Positions 19,114 through 29,071 of a DNA stretch of 64,000 nucleotides are shown in pieces (position 1 is the stretch's first letter; the number at the start of each line of letters is the position of its first letter). The notes beneath the pieces were generated by a model, which was given only the letters and a program-made list of their open reading frames with translations, did no database searches and was not told where the DNA came from. The translations under genes were made by a program, and so were the position numbers. The DNA comes from an uncultured Acidobacteriia bacterium (GTDB lineage Bacteria > Acidobacteriota > Terriglobia > Bryobacterales > Bryobacteraceae), in contig CAITIX010000353.1 in assembly GCA_903892565.1 (NCBI GenBank), forward strand, positions 19,245 through 83,244, given 5' to 3'.

Positions 19114-20526
19114 ATGGCAGGGCCTAAGCCTGCAAAGCGTGTCATTATCGTCGGCGCCGGAATCTCCGGCCTCGCGGCGGCCTACGATCTCGCGAAAGCC
19201 GGCGTAGCAGCCACTGTCTTCGACAAACAACCTCGTGCCGGTGGCGTGATCGAGACGCGAACCTCCGAAGGCTGCAGCCTGGAATGCGGACCCGATAGTT
19301 TTCTCGCAGTAAAACCCGAAGCCGTGGCCTTGATCAAAGAGCTGGGCTTCGGCGACGAAGTCATCGGCTCGAACGATCACCAGCGCACCACCTACATCCT
19401 GAAGCACGGGCGCCTGGTGCCGTTGCCCGAAGGCGTGATGATGATTGTCCCCTCGCGCGTCATGCCCATGGTCAAGACGTCGCTCGTCGGCTGGGGCACC
19501 AAGATCCGCATGGGCATGGAATATTTCCGCAAGCCCGGCGCGAGCGTGGGCGACCGCAGCGTTGCCGATTTTGTCACAGATCACTTTGGCTCTGAGACAC
19601 TCGACTATCTCGCGGAGCCCTTGCTTTCCGGCGTCTATGGCGGCGATCCCGCGCAGTTGAGTATCGCCAGCGTCCTGCCGCGTTTTGTGGAGATGGAAAA
19701 GAAATACGGCAGCCTCGTGAAGGGAGTGCTCGCCGGACGCAACGCGCGACCCAAAAAGCCAGGAGAAAAGAAGCCGGGACAAGCTCCCGCGCCGCTCTTT
19801 CAAACGCTGAAGACCGGACTCGGCAAACTCGTGGACACGCTCGCCTCGCACGCCGAGATCGCGCACGCTCAGGTCGACGCTATCGAGCGCGCCGGCTCCG
19901 AAGAAGGCTCAGGCTATCGTGTACGCGTGTCAGGCGAATGGGTCATTGCCGATCACGTGATCCTCGCGTGCCCCGCCTGGGCCGCGGGACAACTTGTCAG
20001 TGGCATCGACGCGAAGCTCGGCGAACAGCTTTCCGCCATCGACTACAGTTCATCCGTAACGCTCTCGCTCATCTACAAAGCCAACGAGTTCGACGGACGC
20101 CGCGCGGGCTTCGGATTCCTCGTTCCCAAGAAAGAGCGTCAACGCCTCGCGGCCTGCACGTTCGTCGGTACAAAATTTTCGTATCGCGTTCCCGATGACC
20201 GCATCGCACTACGCTGCTTCTTTGGAGGCATCGGCGATGCAGGAATCCTCGATGAATCGGACGATGCGATTGTCGCGATGGCACGGGAAGAACTACAGCG
20301 CATTCTCAGCCTGCGCGCGGCTCCCATTTCTACCGTCATTTCACGCTGGCCGCGATCGATGGCCCAGTACACCGTAGGCCACGGACAGAGGCTCACGGAG
20401 ATCCGCCAGCGCGTTTCCTCGATCAACGGCCTGCATCTCGCGGGAAATGCCTACGAAGGCATCGGGATCTCCGATTGCATCCGAACCGGGCGGGCGGCGG
20501 CAAAAGCGATCATCGCAGCTGAGTAG
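19114..20526 (+). CDS. hemY: FAD-dependent HemY-type protoporphyrinogen/coproporphyrinogen oxidase
   Basis: Starts 3 nt after hemE. Dinucleotide-binding IIVGAGISGLAAAY. 470 aa, typical of HemY. PgoX and CgoX cannot be told apart by eye. Confidence 0.85.
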   Translation: MAGPKPAKRVIIVGAGISGLAAAYDLAKAGVAATVFDKQPRAGGVIETRTSEGCSLECGPDSFLAVKPEAVALIKELGFGDEVIGSNDHQRTTYILKHGRLVPLPEGVMMIVPSRVMPMVKTSLVGWGTKIRMGMEYFRKPGASVGDRSVADFVTDHFGSETLDYLAEPLLSGVYGGDPAQLSIASVLPRFVEMEKKYGSLVKGVLAGRNARPKKPGEKKPGQAPAPLFQTLKTGLGKLVDTLASHAEIAHAQVDAIERAGSEEGSGYRVRVSGEWVIADHVILACPAWAAGQLVSGIDAKLGEQLSAIDYSSSVTLSLIYKANEFDGRRAGFGFLVPKKERQRLAACTFVGTKFSYRVPDDRIALRCFFGGIGDAGILDESDDAIVAMAREELQRILSLRAAPISTVISRWPRSMAQYTVGHGQRLTEIRQRVSSINGLHLAGNAYEGIGISDCIRTGRAAAKAIIAAE

Positions 20527-20529
20527 CTT

Positions 20530-20573
20530 GTGGGGCGGAGCTTCGGCTCCGCGGGTCGGAAGACCCGCCCCAC
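20530..20573. repeat. 44-nt REP-like structured element (two tetraloop hairpins closed by an outer stem)
   Basis: GTGGGG-CGGAGC(TTCG)GCTCCG-CGGGTC(GGAA)GACCCG-CCCCAC. It shares the GTGGGGCGG / GAGCTTCNGCTC / CCGCCCCAC modules with the hairpin array at 34439..34604. It lies between the convergent hemY and rlmD stops. Confidence 0.85.
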
Positions 20574-20581
20574 ATCGGAAC

Positions 20582-21856
20582 CTACCTTCGCCGCAACTCC
20601 GCGACAGTTTCCATGTGATACGTTTGCGGGAATAAATCCACTAGCGTTAGCTTTTCGATCTCGTAATCCCCGAGCATCGCGACATCCCGAGCCAGCGTCG
20701 CGGGATCGCACGAAACGATCACCATTTTCGGCGCTGCGAGCTCAGCCAAACGGCGCGTCACAGATTTGCCCAAACCCGCGCGCGGCGGATCGGCGACGAT
20801 GAAATCGAACTCGCCCGGATTGTGATGGGCCGTGGCCAGGAAATCCTCTACGCGCGCATGCTCCACCTTCACCGCGACTCCTGCGCGTTCGGCGTTGAAC
20901 TCCAAATCGCGCGAGGCTCCCTGATTCGCCTCCACCGCGACCACTTCGCCAAAGCGCTTTGCCAGCGGCACCGAGAACAAACCCACGCCCGCGTACAAAT
21001 CCAGCGCAGAACCACCTGACACGCCGCTTTCAGCGTCGCCGCTGACACCAATGGCGGCCTCAATCAGTTTGTCGATCAAAAATCGGTTCACCTGAAAGAA
21101 CGAACGACCGCCGACGCGGAACATACCGCCCGCAGTTTGGTAGTCGAGGATTTCCGTCGATCCGACCCAATCAAAGAACCAGCGCGCCACGCGCTTTTCC
21201 GATTCCACGATGTTGACCTGCACGTCCGTCTCATTGGTGAACAACTCGATGGAGCTCACGAAGCGCGGGAATTGCGGATCACGCAATTTTTCACGCAGCG
21301 AAGCCAGCGCCTCATTCAACTTCGGCGACGCTACAGGACACTCACCGCTCAGCGGCACAAGCGTGTGCGAACGCGCTTCTAGGTATCCGATGCGCCCGTC
21401 CTGCACGTGAAACTGCGCACGATTGCGATAGCCCAGCGGCGGTCCGCTGATGGTCGCGATCTCGCCCGCGTATTCGATCTTGCCCACGCGGCGCAACTGC
21501 TCGCGCAGGATCTCGACCTTTTGCGCCAGCTGAAACTCGTAAGGAGCATGCTGATAGTGGCATCCCCCGCAACGCGCAAACAAGCGGCATGGCGGATCCA
21601 CGCGCGCGTCCGACGGCGTCACCACGTCGATCAATTCGGCGTGGACATCTTTGCCGATCTTCAGACGTGCGGTTTCGCCCGGCAGCAAGTACGGCGCGAA
21701 AACAACGCGCCCGTCGACACGCACGAGGCTCTCGCCGCCATACACCCACTTTTCCACATTGACCGCGCCTTGCGGCGCTTGTTCGTTGACCACGCCTTGC
21801 GGCCTGCGTTCTTGGTCCTGCGTATCGTTTACGATAGAAGTTTCCCCTATTCTCAT
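20582..21856 (-). CDS. rlmD: 23S rRNA (uracil-C5)-methyltransferase, RumA/RlmD family
   Basis: TRAM-like N-terminus, Fe-S cysteine cluster CRLFARCGGCHYQH, SAM motif LDLYAGVGLF, and catalytic-Cys region VSCDPATLARD. The start is 21856 or 21877. Confidence 0.85.
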   Translation of the reverse strand: MRIGETSIVNDTQDQERRPQGVVNEQAPQGAVNVEKWVYGGESLVRVDGRVVFAPYLLPGETARLKIGKDVHAELIDVVTPSDARVDPPCRLFARCGGCHYQHAPYEFQLAQKVEILREQLRRVGKIEYAGEIATISGPPLGYRNRAQFHVQDGRIGYLEARSHTLVPLSGECPVASPKLNEALASLREKLRDPQFPRFVSSIELFTNETDVQVNIVESEKRVARWFFDWVGSTEILDYQTAGGMFRVGGRSFFQVNRFLIDKLIEAAIGVSGDAESGVSGGSALDLYAGVGLFSVPLAKRFGEVVAVEANQGASRDLEFNAERAGVAVKVEHARVEDFLATAHHNPGEFDFIVADPPRAGLGKSVTRRLAELAAPKMVIVSCDPATLARDVAMLGDYEIEKLTLVDLFPQTYHMETVAELRRR

Positions 21857-21877
21857 GAGAGCACGAGCCCGAATCAT

Positions 21878-22885
21878 ATGAAAGCACGAGTGCTTTCCGG
21901 CATTCAGCCCACCGGCAGTCCGCACATTGGCAACTATCTCGGAGCGCTGAAAAACTGGGCCAAAATCCAGTACGACTACGAGAGCATCTACTGCATCGTC
22001 GACCTGCACGCCATCACGGTCTACCAGGATCCCGCGGAGCTGCGTTCCCGCATTCTGGAACTGGCCGGGATGCTACTCGCCATCGGCATCGATCCCAAGC
22101 ACTCTTCGCTCGTCGTGCAGTCGTCCATTCCCGAGCACGCCGAACTCGCCTGGATGCTCACTTGTGTGACACCCGTCGGCTGGCTGGAGCGCATGACCCA
22201 GTACAAGGCCAAGGTCGAGGCACTGGCCACCGCATCTTCGGAAGCCAGCATCGGCGACGGCATGCTGCAATATCCCGTCCTGATGGCCGCCGACATCTTA
22301 CTGTACCAAGCGGGCATCGTGCCCGTCGGCGACGATCAACGTCAGCACCTGGAGCTGGCACGCGATATCGCGCAGCGCTTCAATTCGCTCTATAACAAAG
22401 AAATCTTCGTGATGCCTGAAACGCACCTGCCCACGGTCGGCGCGCGCATCATGGGCTTAGACGATCCCGAAAAGAAAATGAGCAAATCGACTGCGGGAGC
22501 CGCGCACGCCGTGAGTCTGCTCGATCCTCCGGCCGCGATTCGCAAGAAGATCATGCGTGCTACAACGGACTCGAACCCCGCCGTCGATTACGCCACCATG
22601 GGCGCAGGCGTGAAGAATCTGCTCGCCATCCACCAAGCCTTCACCGGATGGGACGATGCCGCGATGAAGCAGCACTTTGAAGGCATGCGCTATGGCGATC
22701 TCAAGAAGACGGTCGCCGAATCCGTCGTCGCCGCCATTGAGCCGATTCAGCAGCGCTACGCCGAGATCAACGCCGAGCCCGGCTACGTCGCCCGCGTGTT
22801 GCAGGAAGGCGCCGAGCGCGTCCGCCCCCTAGCTCGCGATACGGTCGAGAAAGTGAAACAATGCATGGGGCTGTTCACTCCGTAA
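21878..22885 (+). CDS. trpS: tryptophan--tRNA ligase
   Basis: Inside ORF 21407..22885. Class I motifs PHIGNYLG (HIGH) and KMSKS. The upstream ORF part is antisense of rlmD. Confidence 0.96.
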   Translation: MKARVLSGIQPTGSPHIGNYLGALKNWAKIQYDYESIYCIVDLHAITVYQDPAELRSRILELAGMLLAIGIDPKHSSLVVQSSIPEHAELAWMLTCVTPVGWLERMTQYKAKVEALATASSEASIGDGMLQYPVLMAADILLYQAGIVPVGDDQRQHLELARDIAQRFNSLYNKEIFVMPETHLPTVGARIMGLDDPEKKMSKSTAGAAHAVSLLDPPAAIRKKIMRATTDSNPAVDYATMGAGVKNLLAIHQAFTGWDDAAMKQHFEGMRYGDLKKTVAESVVAAIEPIQQRYAEINAEPGYVARVLQEGAERVRPLARDTVEKVKQCMGLFTP

Positions 22886-22890
22886 GCCAT

Positions 22891-23154
22891 ATGCTGCAAG
22901 ATGCCGACCATTTGGGAGACCAGGAGCTCGAACTGGTCTATGTCGCCAAGCGCTTAAAGGAAGCTCTGCGCCTGGAACAACTGTTCACAGATGCCGGACT
23001 CGACTATCTGGTGGAGCCGGATCGTTACAGCGGTGGCGTGATCTTTCGGACCGAACGCGTGGGAGCGTTTTTCTACGTCGCGCCTGAAAACGCCGCGGCT
23101 GCGCGTGAAGTCCTCACGAAAGAGGGACTCGAACCCTACGCTGTGCAGGGCTAG
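22891..23154 (+). CDS. hypothetical small protein (87 aa)
   Basis: The ATG at 22891 lies just after the trpS stop, which suggests co-transcription. No family recognised. Confidence 0.5.
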   Translation: MLQDADHLGDQELELVYVAKRLKEALRLEQLFTDAGLDYLVEPDRYSGGVIFRTERVGAFFYVAPENAAAAREVLTKEGLEPYAVQG

Positions 23155-23166
23155 CCTTCGTTCGCC

Positions 23167-26067
23167 TTAAAACTGCAGCGGATCGCCAACCGGCAAGGTC
23201 ACAATATTACTTGCGCCGAACTGCTGCTGGATAAACAACTGCGTAAAGGGATTGTTGGTAAGCGTACCGGGAAGCTGGATCGAAACTCGATAAAGGCCAA
23301 TGCTGCCTGGAACCGCCGCCTCGCCCACCACCGCACTAGAGCCACCGCCGACGGTCGAATTTACAGGCACCAGCGGGACGTTGCTCAGCGGTCCAGTATA
23401 GGCGGCACCCGTAATCAGCCCTGCCTTGGCGGCATCGCCATCGATGCAATTGTTCAGCGGATCAAGATCCTGCGGACCGCAAACCACACCAAGACCCGTT
23501 GCATAGAAGTAGATGGTTTCGCCGGGAACCGCCGGATTGAGCGTGGTTATGGGCGCATCCGCTCGATTCGCGCAACACAAGGCGCTGCTTGTCGCCGTGA
23601 TCACCAGAACGGCTCCGCTCGTATTCGTCGTGGCCGTCGAAACCACGGTTGCCAAGGCAATCCCGTTGCCCAGCGGTCCGGGGACCTTCGCAGTGAGCAA
23701 CAAAACGTAGCCAACCGAAGCTGTACTCGCAGTGACGTTCACTTCGGGGTCCGCATTGATCATATTCGCGAATGCGGAAATGATCGTGAAGATCGTATCG
23801 GTGGATTGCACGGTGTACGTGTACGAGCGATTGCCGATCGTAATGGTGCCAAAGTCGCCCGCCTGAATGGATGCCGCATTAAACGTCACGACGCCCGACG
23901 CGAAACTGGACGCGTGATACACCATCCCGACGCGCGGCTCTGTTCCCGCGTTCGCGAAAAGGCCGGGCGCTCCGCCCAGCACCGGCACACCAATCGCATT
24001 CGTAATCGTTACGCTGCCGTCTTTATGCGTCGTGCGCACATACACGCTTGTGGAATTTGATCCCACCACTTCCCACGGAATCTGCGCATTGATTTGCGTC
24101 GGGGAAACCATATACAGAGGCAATCGATTGCCATCGGCGTAAACTTCTACACCACCGAGCGTCCACGGCAGCTGCGTGGATTTGAAACCATTGGGTGCGG
24201 AAACCGCCCCCGGGCCGTCGGCCAGATTTGTTCCGTTGATCGATATCAACGTTCCGGGCGCCACTTGTCCCGCGTTGCCTCCGCCGGCAAGAGATCCTCC
24301 GCTCACAGTGGCGGTAATCTTCGCGGTGGACGATGTCGTGGTGGCCAACGTTATGCTGTTGCCAACGGCGCCCGGGCTGCGCGCCACCACCACCAGCGTC
24401 GCCAGAGGGGCCCGATCATAGGCCAGAACGTTCGTGTCGCCGGTTCCGGAATTCGCAGCATTAATCTTTTTCGCGAGTGCCTCGGCAACGGTATCGAAAG
24501 TATCGTCCGTCAAAACGGTGTAGGTATAGTCCGTGCCGCCCACGGTCACCGTCACCGTGTCTTTTTCTTGGATGGTCCCACCGATGGCGACCGTGGCCTG
24601 CGCGAAAATCGCCTGGCTCGCAGCGTTCACAATGCCAGTGATCGGCACATTCGGTGTCCCAGGCGTGAAGACCAAGATGCGGTAGTTGCTAGGATCCGCG
24701 ACGTATAGATTCGTTCCGTCCCATGCGAGCGACGTCGGCGTTGGTGTTACGTTCGCAGCCGACTGCACGATCGGAAAGTTCTGCAGGAGGTCCGCGGTAC
24801 TGGTAACGACATCCGAGAACTCGTCCGGTTGTCCCAGCACTGCATCGGCGGCGGCGGCGTTTGCCGTGGGGATCTTGTTAAAAACCAACACGCGGTCGTT
24901 TCCGCCATCGGCTATGTACAGCCGACCCTTATCATCGGCCAGCGCGAAGCGCGGATAGTTTAGTGTCGTCAGGCACGTCGCGGGATACGTCGGATTGCTG
25001 CTGCTGTCGGTTCCATTCGACGCGCACAGATTGGTGCTATCGTTGGCCACCGATTGCGTCATATCCACCTGACCGATTTCGTAATCGGCGGGCTGCTGGT
25101 TGCTGGTCGGAAGCGCATTCCAAATCAACACGCGGCTGAAGCCCAGGTCGGCTACAAACAAACGCGTTCCGTCGCTGGTCACGGAGGTCGGACTCGCCAT
25201 GATCGAGGCGCTCGTGGTGATGTTGCTCACCAGGTTATATTGTCCGCCGCTCGTTAAATTCGGCTGTCCCAGAACCATGTCTGCGCCTTGCCCGTTGGTC
25301 GTGGGCCTGGAATTCCAAATCAGGATGCGGTTGTTGCCCGTATCGGCGACATACAACTTGCCATTCTGGATCCACACACCCTGTGGACCGCGCATGGTGG
25401 AGGCACTCGGCGATGCAGAAAGGTAGGTCGTAAAATTGGGCTGCCCTAAAACTACGTCCGCAGCTTGGCCGTTATTGGTTGGAATCGACTTCCACAACAG
25501 CACGCGGTTATTCGCAGTATCGGCAATCGCCAAATACTTTCCGTCGGAGGCGACACCCAGCGGCAATCGCAAACTATTCGCGGTTGGCGGATTCAAAGCC
25601 GTAACGGTCGTGATGTCCGGCTGCCCCACAATCACGTTCGCCCGCCCACCGCACAGAGGACACCGTGCCGTTTCCTGCGGAATCGAAATCGTCGGCCCCG
25701 GCAGTTGCTGGCCGATGTTGTTAAACATCAGGACGCGATTGTTGTTCGGCAACAAGCCCAGGCGATTGCTATCGGTCGCAAAGAGCGTTCCCGCCGCGTA
25801 GGCCAATCCACCGATTCCGCCAAAAACCGTGTCGCTCGGGTTGGTCTGTATTCCCGGCAGGGTTGTAGATGTCGTCGGGGTGCAACCCGAGGTCTGTCCC
25901 GTCGGACAGGCAGCCACGCCGTTCACGCCGCCAGAAGTCTGAGACGTAAACGTGCTCTGTCCGATGACGGCTCGTGCCGCCTGTCCCGTCACATAGACGG
26001 CTTGGGCGCTGGCCAAACCTGTGAACAGGCCGATCCACAGCGATACGAGGGCAATGTTTTTTTGCAT
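23167..26067 (-). CDS. large secreted NHL-repeat beta-propeller protein with Solibacter-type (TIGR03437-like) C-terminal domains
   Basis: Signal peptide. Repeated ADxxNNRVLxW/F units (ADTANNRVLLW, ADTGNNRILIW, ADLGFSRVLIW, ADGGNDRVLVF, ADPSNYRILVF). The C-terminal PGTLISINGTNL...SPTQINAQIPWEV and GLYRVSIQLP segments are typical of the acidobacterial C-terminal domain. Confidence 0.75.
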   Translation of the reverse strand: MQKNIALVSLWIGLFTGLASAQAVYVTGQAARAVIGQSTFTSQTSGGVNGVAACPTGQTSGCTPTTSTTLPGIQTNPSDTVFGGIGGLAYAAGTLFATDSNRLGLLPNNNRVLMFNNIGQQLPGPTISIPQETARCPLCGGRANVIVGQPDITTVTALNPPTANSLRLPLGVASDGKYLAIADTANNRVLLWKSIPTNNGQAADVVLGQPNFTTYLSASPSASTMRGPQGVWIQNGKLYVADTGNNRILIWNSRPTTNGQGADMVLGQPNLTSGGQYNLVSNITTSASIMASPTSVTSDGTRLFVADLGFSRVLIWNALPTSNQQPADYEIGQVDMTQSVANDSTNLCASNGTDSSSNPTYPATCLTTLNYPRFALADDKGRLYIADGGNDRVLVFNKIPTANAAAADAVLGQPDEFSDVVTSTADLLQNFPIVQSAANVTPTPTSLAWDGTNLYVADPSNYRILVFTPGTPNVPITGIVNAASQAIFAQATVAIGGTIQEKDTVTVTVGGTDYTYTVLTDDTFDTVAEALAKKINAANSGTGDTNVLAYDRAPLATLVVVARSPGAVGNSITLATTTSSTAKITATVSGGSLAGGGNAGQVAPGTLISINGTNLADGPGAVSAPNGFKSTQLPWTLGGVEVYADGNRLPLYMVSPTQINAQIPWEVVGSNSTSVYVRTTHKDGSVTITNAIGVPVLGGAPGLFANAGTEPRVGMVYHASSFASGVVTFNAASIQAGDFGTITIGNRSYTYTVQSTDTIFTIISAFANMINADPEVNVTASTASVGYVLLLTAKVPGPLGNGIALATVVSTATTNTSGAVLVITATSSALCCANRADAPITTLNPAVPGETIYFYATGLGVVCGPQDLDPLNNCIDGDAAKAGLITGAAYTGPLSNVPLVPVNSTVGGGSSAVVGEAAVPGSIGLYRVSIQLPGTLTNNPFTQLFIQQQFGASNIVTLPVGDPLQF

Positions 26068-26221
26068 GCGCGATGACTAACGAAGTAGGATCTCTCAGTA
26101 TATCAACCTAGTGACGCATCATGCGGCCAGGGCGTTGCGTGAATGCGCGAATTCCGGCTTCATTGCAAAAGGCGAACATAAGGCGCAGCATTTCTTTATC
26201 GCCGATCTTGAATGTATGACG

Positions 26222-26947
26222 CTATTGCAGGAAGCCCCGGTAGACCAGATTCGCCCCCAGCAGCGCCATCGCCACCGAAAGGCCCATCTTTAAAGGCTTC
26301 GACGGCAACTTGCCCGCGAAATACGCCCCCACAAGCGCCCCCGGAACCCCACCCGCCAGCAACTGCATCAGGATCGCTTTGTCCACGGTACCGGCCGCAG
26401 CATTCACGCCGCCACCAATCGTGGAAACTACCAACCCGAACACCAGATCCGTGCCCACGACAGCCGCCGCCGGAAGCTGTGTCAAGCTCAGCAAGGAAAG
26501 TGCCCCTAACGCACCCGCACCCGCCGACGAGAATCCGACTTCAGCCCCGATCGGCAGCGCGATGAACGCTAACCATTTGGTCTTGTCATGCCGATGCTCC
26601 GGCGCGGGACGCACCAAATTGAAAACAGCTACCGTCACAATCGTCGCGCCAATAATCCCCGTGATGACTTTGCCATCCACGCCGTGCAACAGGAACACGC
26701 CGATCAACACGCCCGGGATTCCGCCCGCCAGCATGTAGAACAGCGTTCGCCAGTGCACTTGCCCCCGTGCCATGTAGACGGGCGACGTGATAATCTTCAC
26801 CACCGCGCCAAATATGAGCGACGTTCCTACGGCGATGCGCGCGGGAACACTGAGCGCCATGATCAACAGTGGAGTTGTGAGTGTCCCGGCACCTACACCG
26901 GTGAGCCCGATGGCGACAGCGATCACAAACCCAAGCGCGTAGGCCAT
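26222..26947 (-). CDS. TauE/SafE (TSUP, DUF81) family anion permease
   Basis: Inside ORF 26222..27295, with the ATG at 26947 lying 17 nt downstream of the cysH stop. About 8 TM helices and repeated G-rich motifs (GVGAGTL, SAGAGALG). Confidence 0.78.
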   Translation of the reverse strand: MAYALGFVIAVAIGLTGVGAGTLTTPLLIMALSVPARIAVGTSLIFGAVVKIITSPVYMARGQVHWRTLFYMLAGGIPGVLIGVFLLHGVDGKVITGIIGATIVTVAVFNLVRPAPEHRHDKTKWLAFIALPIGAEVGFSSAGAGALGALSLLSLTQLPAAAVVGTDLVFGLVVSTIGGGVNAAAGTVDKAILMQLLAGGVPGALVGAYFAGKLPSKPLKMGLSVAMALLGANLVYRGFLQ

Positions 26948-26963
26948 GCGAAGAAAGGGGCCT

Positions 26964-27638
26964 CTACTCGGCCTGAATGTGGATCCCGCACTCGAGCTTG
27001 CCCTTGCCCTGCCAGCGTCCCGAACGCGGATCGTTCGGATCAAACGGCAAGTTGGTGCAAGGCTGGCAACCGATGCTCGTGTAGCCCTGATCGTACAACG
27101 AAAGCGCCGGAATCCCGTGCTTGCTGAGATAGCCCCACACGTCGCGATTCGTCCACGTCGCCAGCGGACTGACTTTTTCCACGACTTCGCCCGTCTGCAG
27201 CTTGAACGGCTCCACGTGTTGCAGATTCGCGCGCGTGGGCGATTGCTCGCGCCGCAAGGCCGTGAACCAGATGTTGTATTTGGCAAGCCCTGCAAACAGC
27301 GGACCCACTTTGCGCAGCGCGCAGCACTGATTCGGATCCGTCTTATTGAGGATGCCGAATTGCGATTCCTGATCCGCCACGCTTTGCCTGGCTTCGAGGT
27401 TGATCAGGTTGAGCTTCCAATCGCGCGTCATCTGATCGCGATATGCAAGCGTTTCTGGGAAGTGATAGCCCGTCTCCAAAAACAGCACCGGAATATCGGG
27501 ACGCTGGCGCCGCAACAGATCCACCAGCACCACGCACTCGGTCTGGAAGCTCGACGTGACGCAGGTGAGTCCGGGTTTAGCCAGTTCCGCCGCGATTAGA
27601 CTTTCCGCTTCCTGAATCTTGAGGTTCAGTTCACTCAT
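26964..27638 (-). CDS. cysH: adenylylsulfate (APS)/PAPS reductase, Fe-S cluster (APS-reductase) type
   Basis: C-terminal ECGIH motif. CC pair (NQCCALRKV) plus CxxC (SIGCQPCT), which are characteristic of [4Fe-4S] APS reductases. 8-nt overlap with cysN. Confidence 0.9.
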   Translation of the reverse strand: MSELNLKIQEAESLIAAELAKPGLTCVTSSFQTECVVLVDLLRRQRPDIPVLFLETGYHFPETLAYRDQMTRDWKLNLINLEARQSVADQESQFGILNKTDPNQCCALRKVGPLFAGLAKYNIWFTALRREQSPTRANLQHVEPFKLQTGEVVEKVSPLATWTNRDVWGYLSKHGIPALSLYDQGYTSIGCQPCTNLPFDPNDPRSGRWQGKGKLECGIHIQAE

Positions 27639-29070
27639 GGCGCATTAGTCCTTTGAACAACTCGCGCAATTGTTTCACGGCCGCTTCGTCGTCTTCCGGC
27701 AGCTGCAGCCGCGCACCCGTCGGAATCGCCGCGCGTACCAGCCGCACGACGCGATCCGTCGAACTCTCCACTCCGCCCGACGCCGCCGTGACAATCATGC
27801 CGGCCGCTGCCGTCGCATCGGTTTTCCGGTCGATCAAAATAAACGCGCCGGTGCCGCGATTCTCACGATATGGATCGAAGAACAGCGGCCGCGCTGCCGT
27901 CATCCGCACCACGCCGACTTCGTTCATTGCGAGCGACGTGACCTGCTCGGAATGCAGCGAGTTGATATTCACGCGATACTCGACGGCTTCCAAACGCACC
28001 GGAACAATCTGCGACGTGTGCTTCACTAAATAATCGCCGGCCAGGTCCAACGGCTTGCTGTCGAACCACACCACTGTCGCTTCAAACGACCGTGCCGACG
28101 TCGGATCCGGACCGCTCGCGATCATATCGCCGCGGCTAATATCGATTTCGTCCGCCAGCGTCAGCGTCACCGAAAGCGGCGCATGCGCGGCCTCGAGATC
28201 GCCGTCCCACGTGACGATTCGTTCCACACGCGAGCGCCTGCCAGAAGGTTGCGCCAATACCGTATCACCCGGCCTCACGATGCCCGAAAGGATTTGCCCC
28301 GCGTAGCCGCGGAAGTTCATATCCGGACGCACCACGCGTTGCACCGCCATGCGGAACGGCGCATCCAGCGTCGAAGGCGTCGTATCCACCGTTTCCAATT
28401 GATGCAGCAGGCTGTGGCCATCGAACCACGGCATGTTCTTGCTCTTGTCGACGACGTTATCGCCCTTCAATGCGCTGAGCGGCAGAAAATACGCCTCGTT
28501 CACGCCCAGCCGTGTCAGGAACGGAGCGAATTCCGCACGCAAGCGATGGAACACTTCCTCGTCGTAGTTGACGAGATCCATCTTATTTACCGCGATCACA
28601 AAGTGCGGAATCGCGAGCAGCGAAGCGATATAGGCATGCCGCATCGATTGCGTCGTAATGCCGCGCGAGGCGTCCAACAAAATGATTGCGAGATCCGCCG
28701 TCGATGCGCCCGTCGCCATGTTGCGCGTATATTGCTCGTGGCCCGGCGTGTCCGCCAAAATAAATTTGCGCTTCGGCGTCGCGAAGTAGCGATACGCCAC
28801 GTCGATCGTGATGCCTTGCTCGCGCTCGGCGCGCAATCCATCGGTCAACAGCGAAAAATCGATTTCGCCGCCGCGAATCGCCTGCTTTAACTGATCTTCG
28901 TAAGCGCCCTTGGCATCGTGCAGCAGCCGGCCGATGAGCGTGCTCTTGCCATCGTCCACGCTGCCTGCGGTGGTGAAGCGCAGCAGATCCTTGGCCTGTT
29001 CCTGCGCTAAAAAGTGTTCGACGTCGAAAGAGGCGTCCGGCGCCACACTTACGTTTGTCTTAGGAGGCAT
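27631..29070 (-). CDS. cysN: sulfate adenylyltransferase subunit 1 (GTPase), without a fused APS-kinase domain
   Basis: GSVDDGKSTLIGRLL, DTPGHEQY and NKMD GTPase motifs. 479 aa, too short to contain a CysC domain. Confidence 0.92.
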   Translation of the reverse strand: MPPKTNVSVAPDASFDVEHFLAQEQAKDLLRFTTAGSVDDGKSTLIGRLLHDAKGAYEDQLKQAIRGGEIDFSLLTDGLRAEREQGITIDVAYRYFATPKRKFILADTPGHEQYTRNMATGASTADLAIILLDASRGITTQSMRHAYIASLLAIPHFVIAVNKMDLVNYDEEVFHRLRAEFAPFLTRLGVNEAYFLPLSALKGDNVVDKSKNMPWFDGHSLLHQLETVDTTPSTLDAPFRMAVQRVVRPDMNFRGYAGQILSGIVRPGDTVLAQPSGRRSRVERIVTWDGDLEAAHAPLSVTLTLADEIDISRGDMIASGPDPTSARSFEATVVWFDSKPLDLAGDYLVKHTSQIVPVRLEAVEYRVNINSLHSEQVTSLAMNEVGVVRMTAARPLFFDPYRENRGTGAFILIDRKTDATAAAGMIVTAASGGVESSTDRVVRLVRAAIPTGARLQLPEDDEAAVKQLRELFKGLMRHE

Positions 29071-29071
29071 T

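Noticed and set aside
18055-19866. 603-aa ORF on the minus strand
   Set aside because: Antisense to hemE and hemY. Low-complexity, Arg/His/Asp-rich translation. The sense genes are clearly recognisable.
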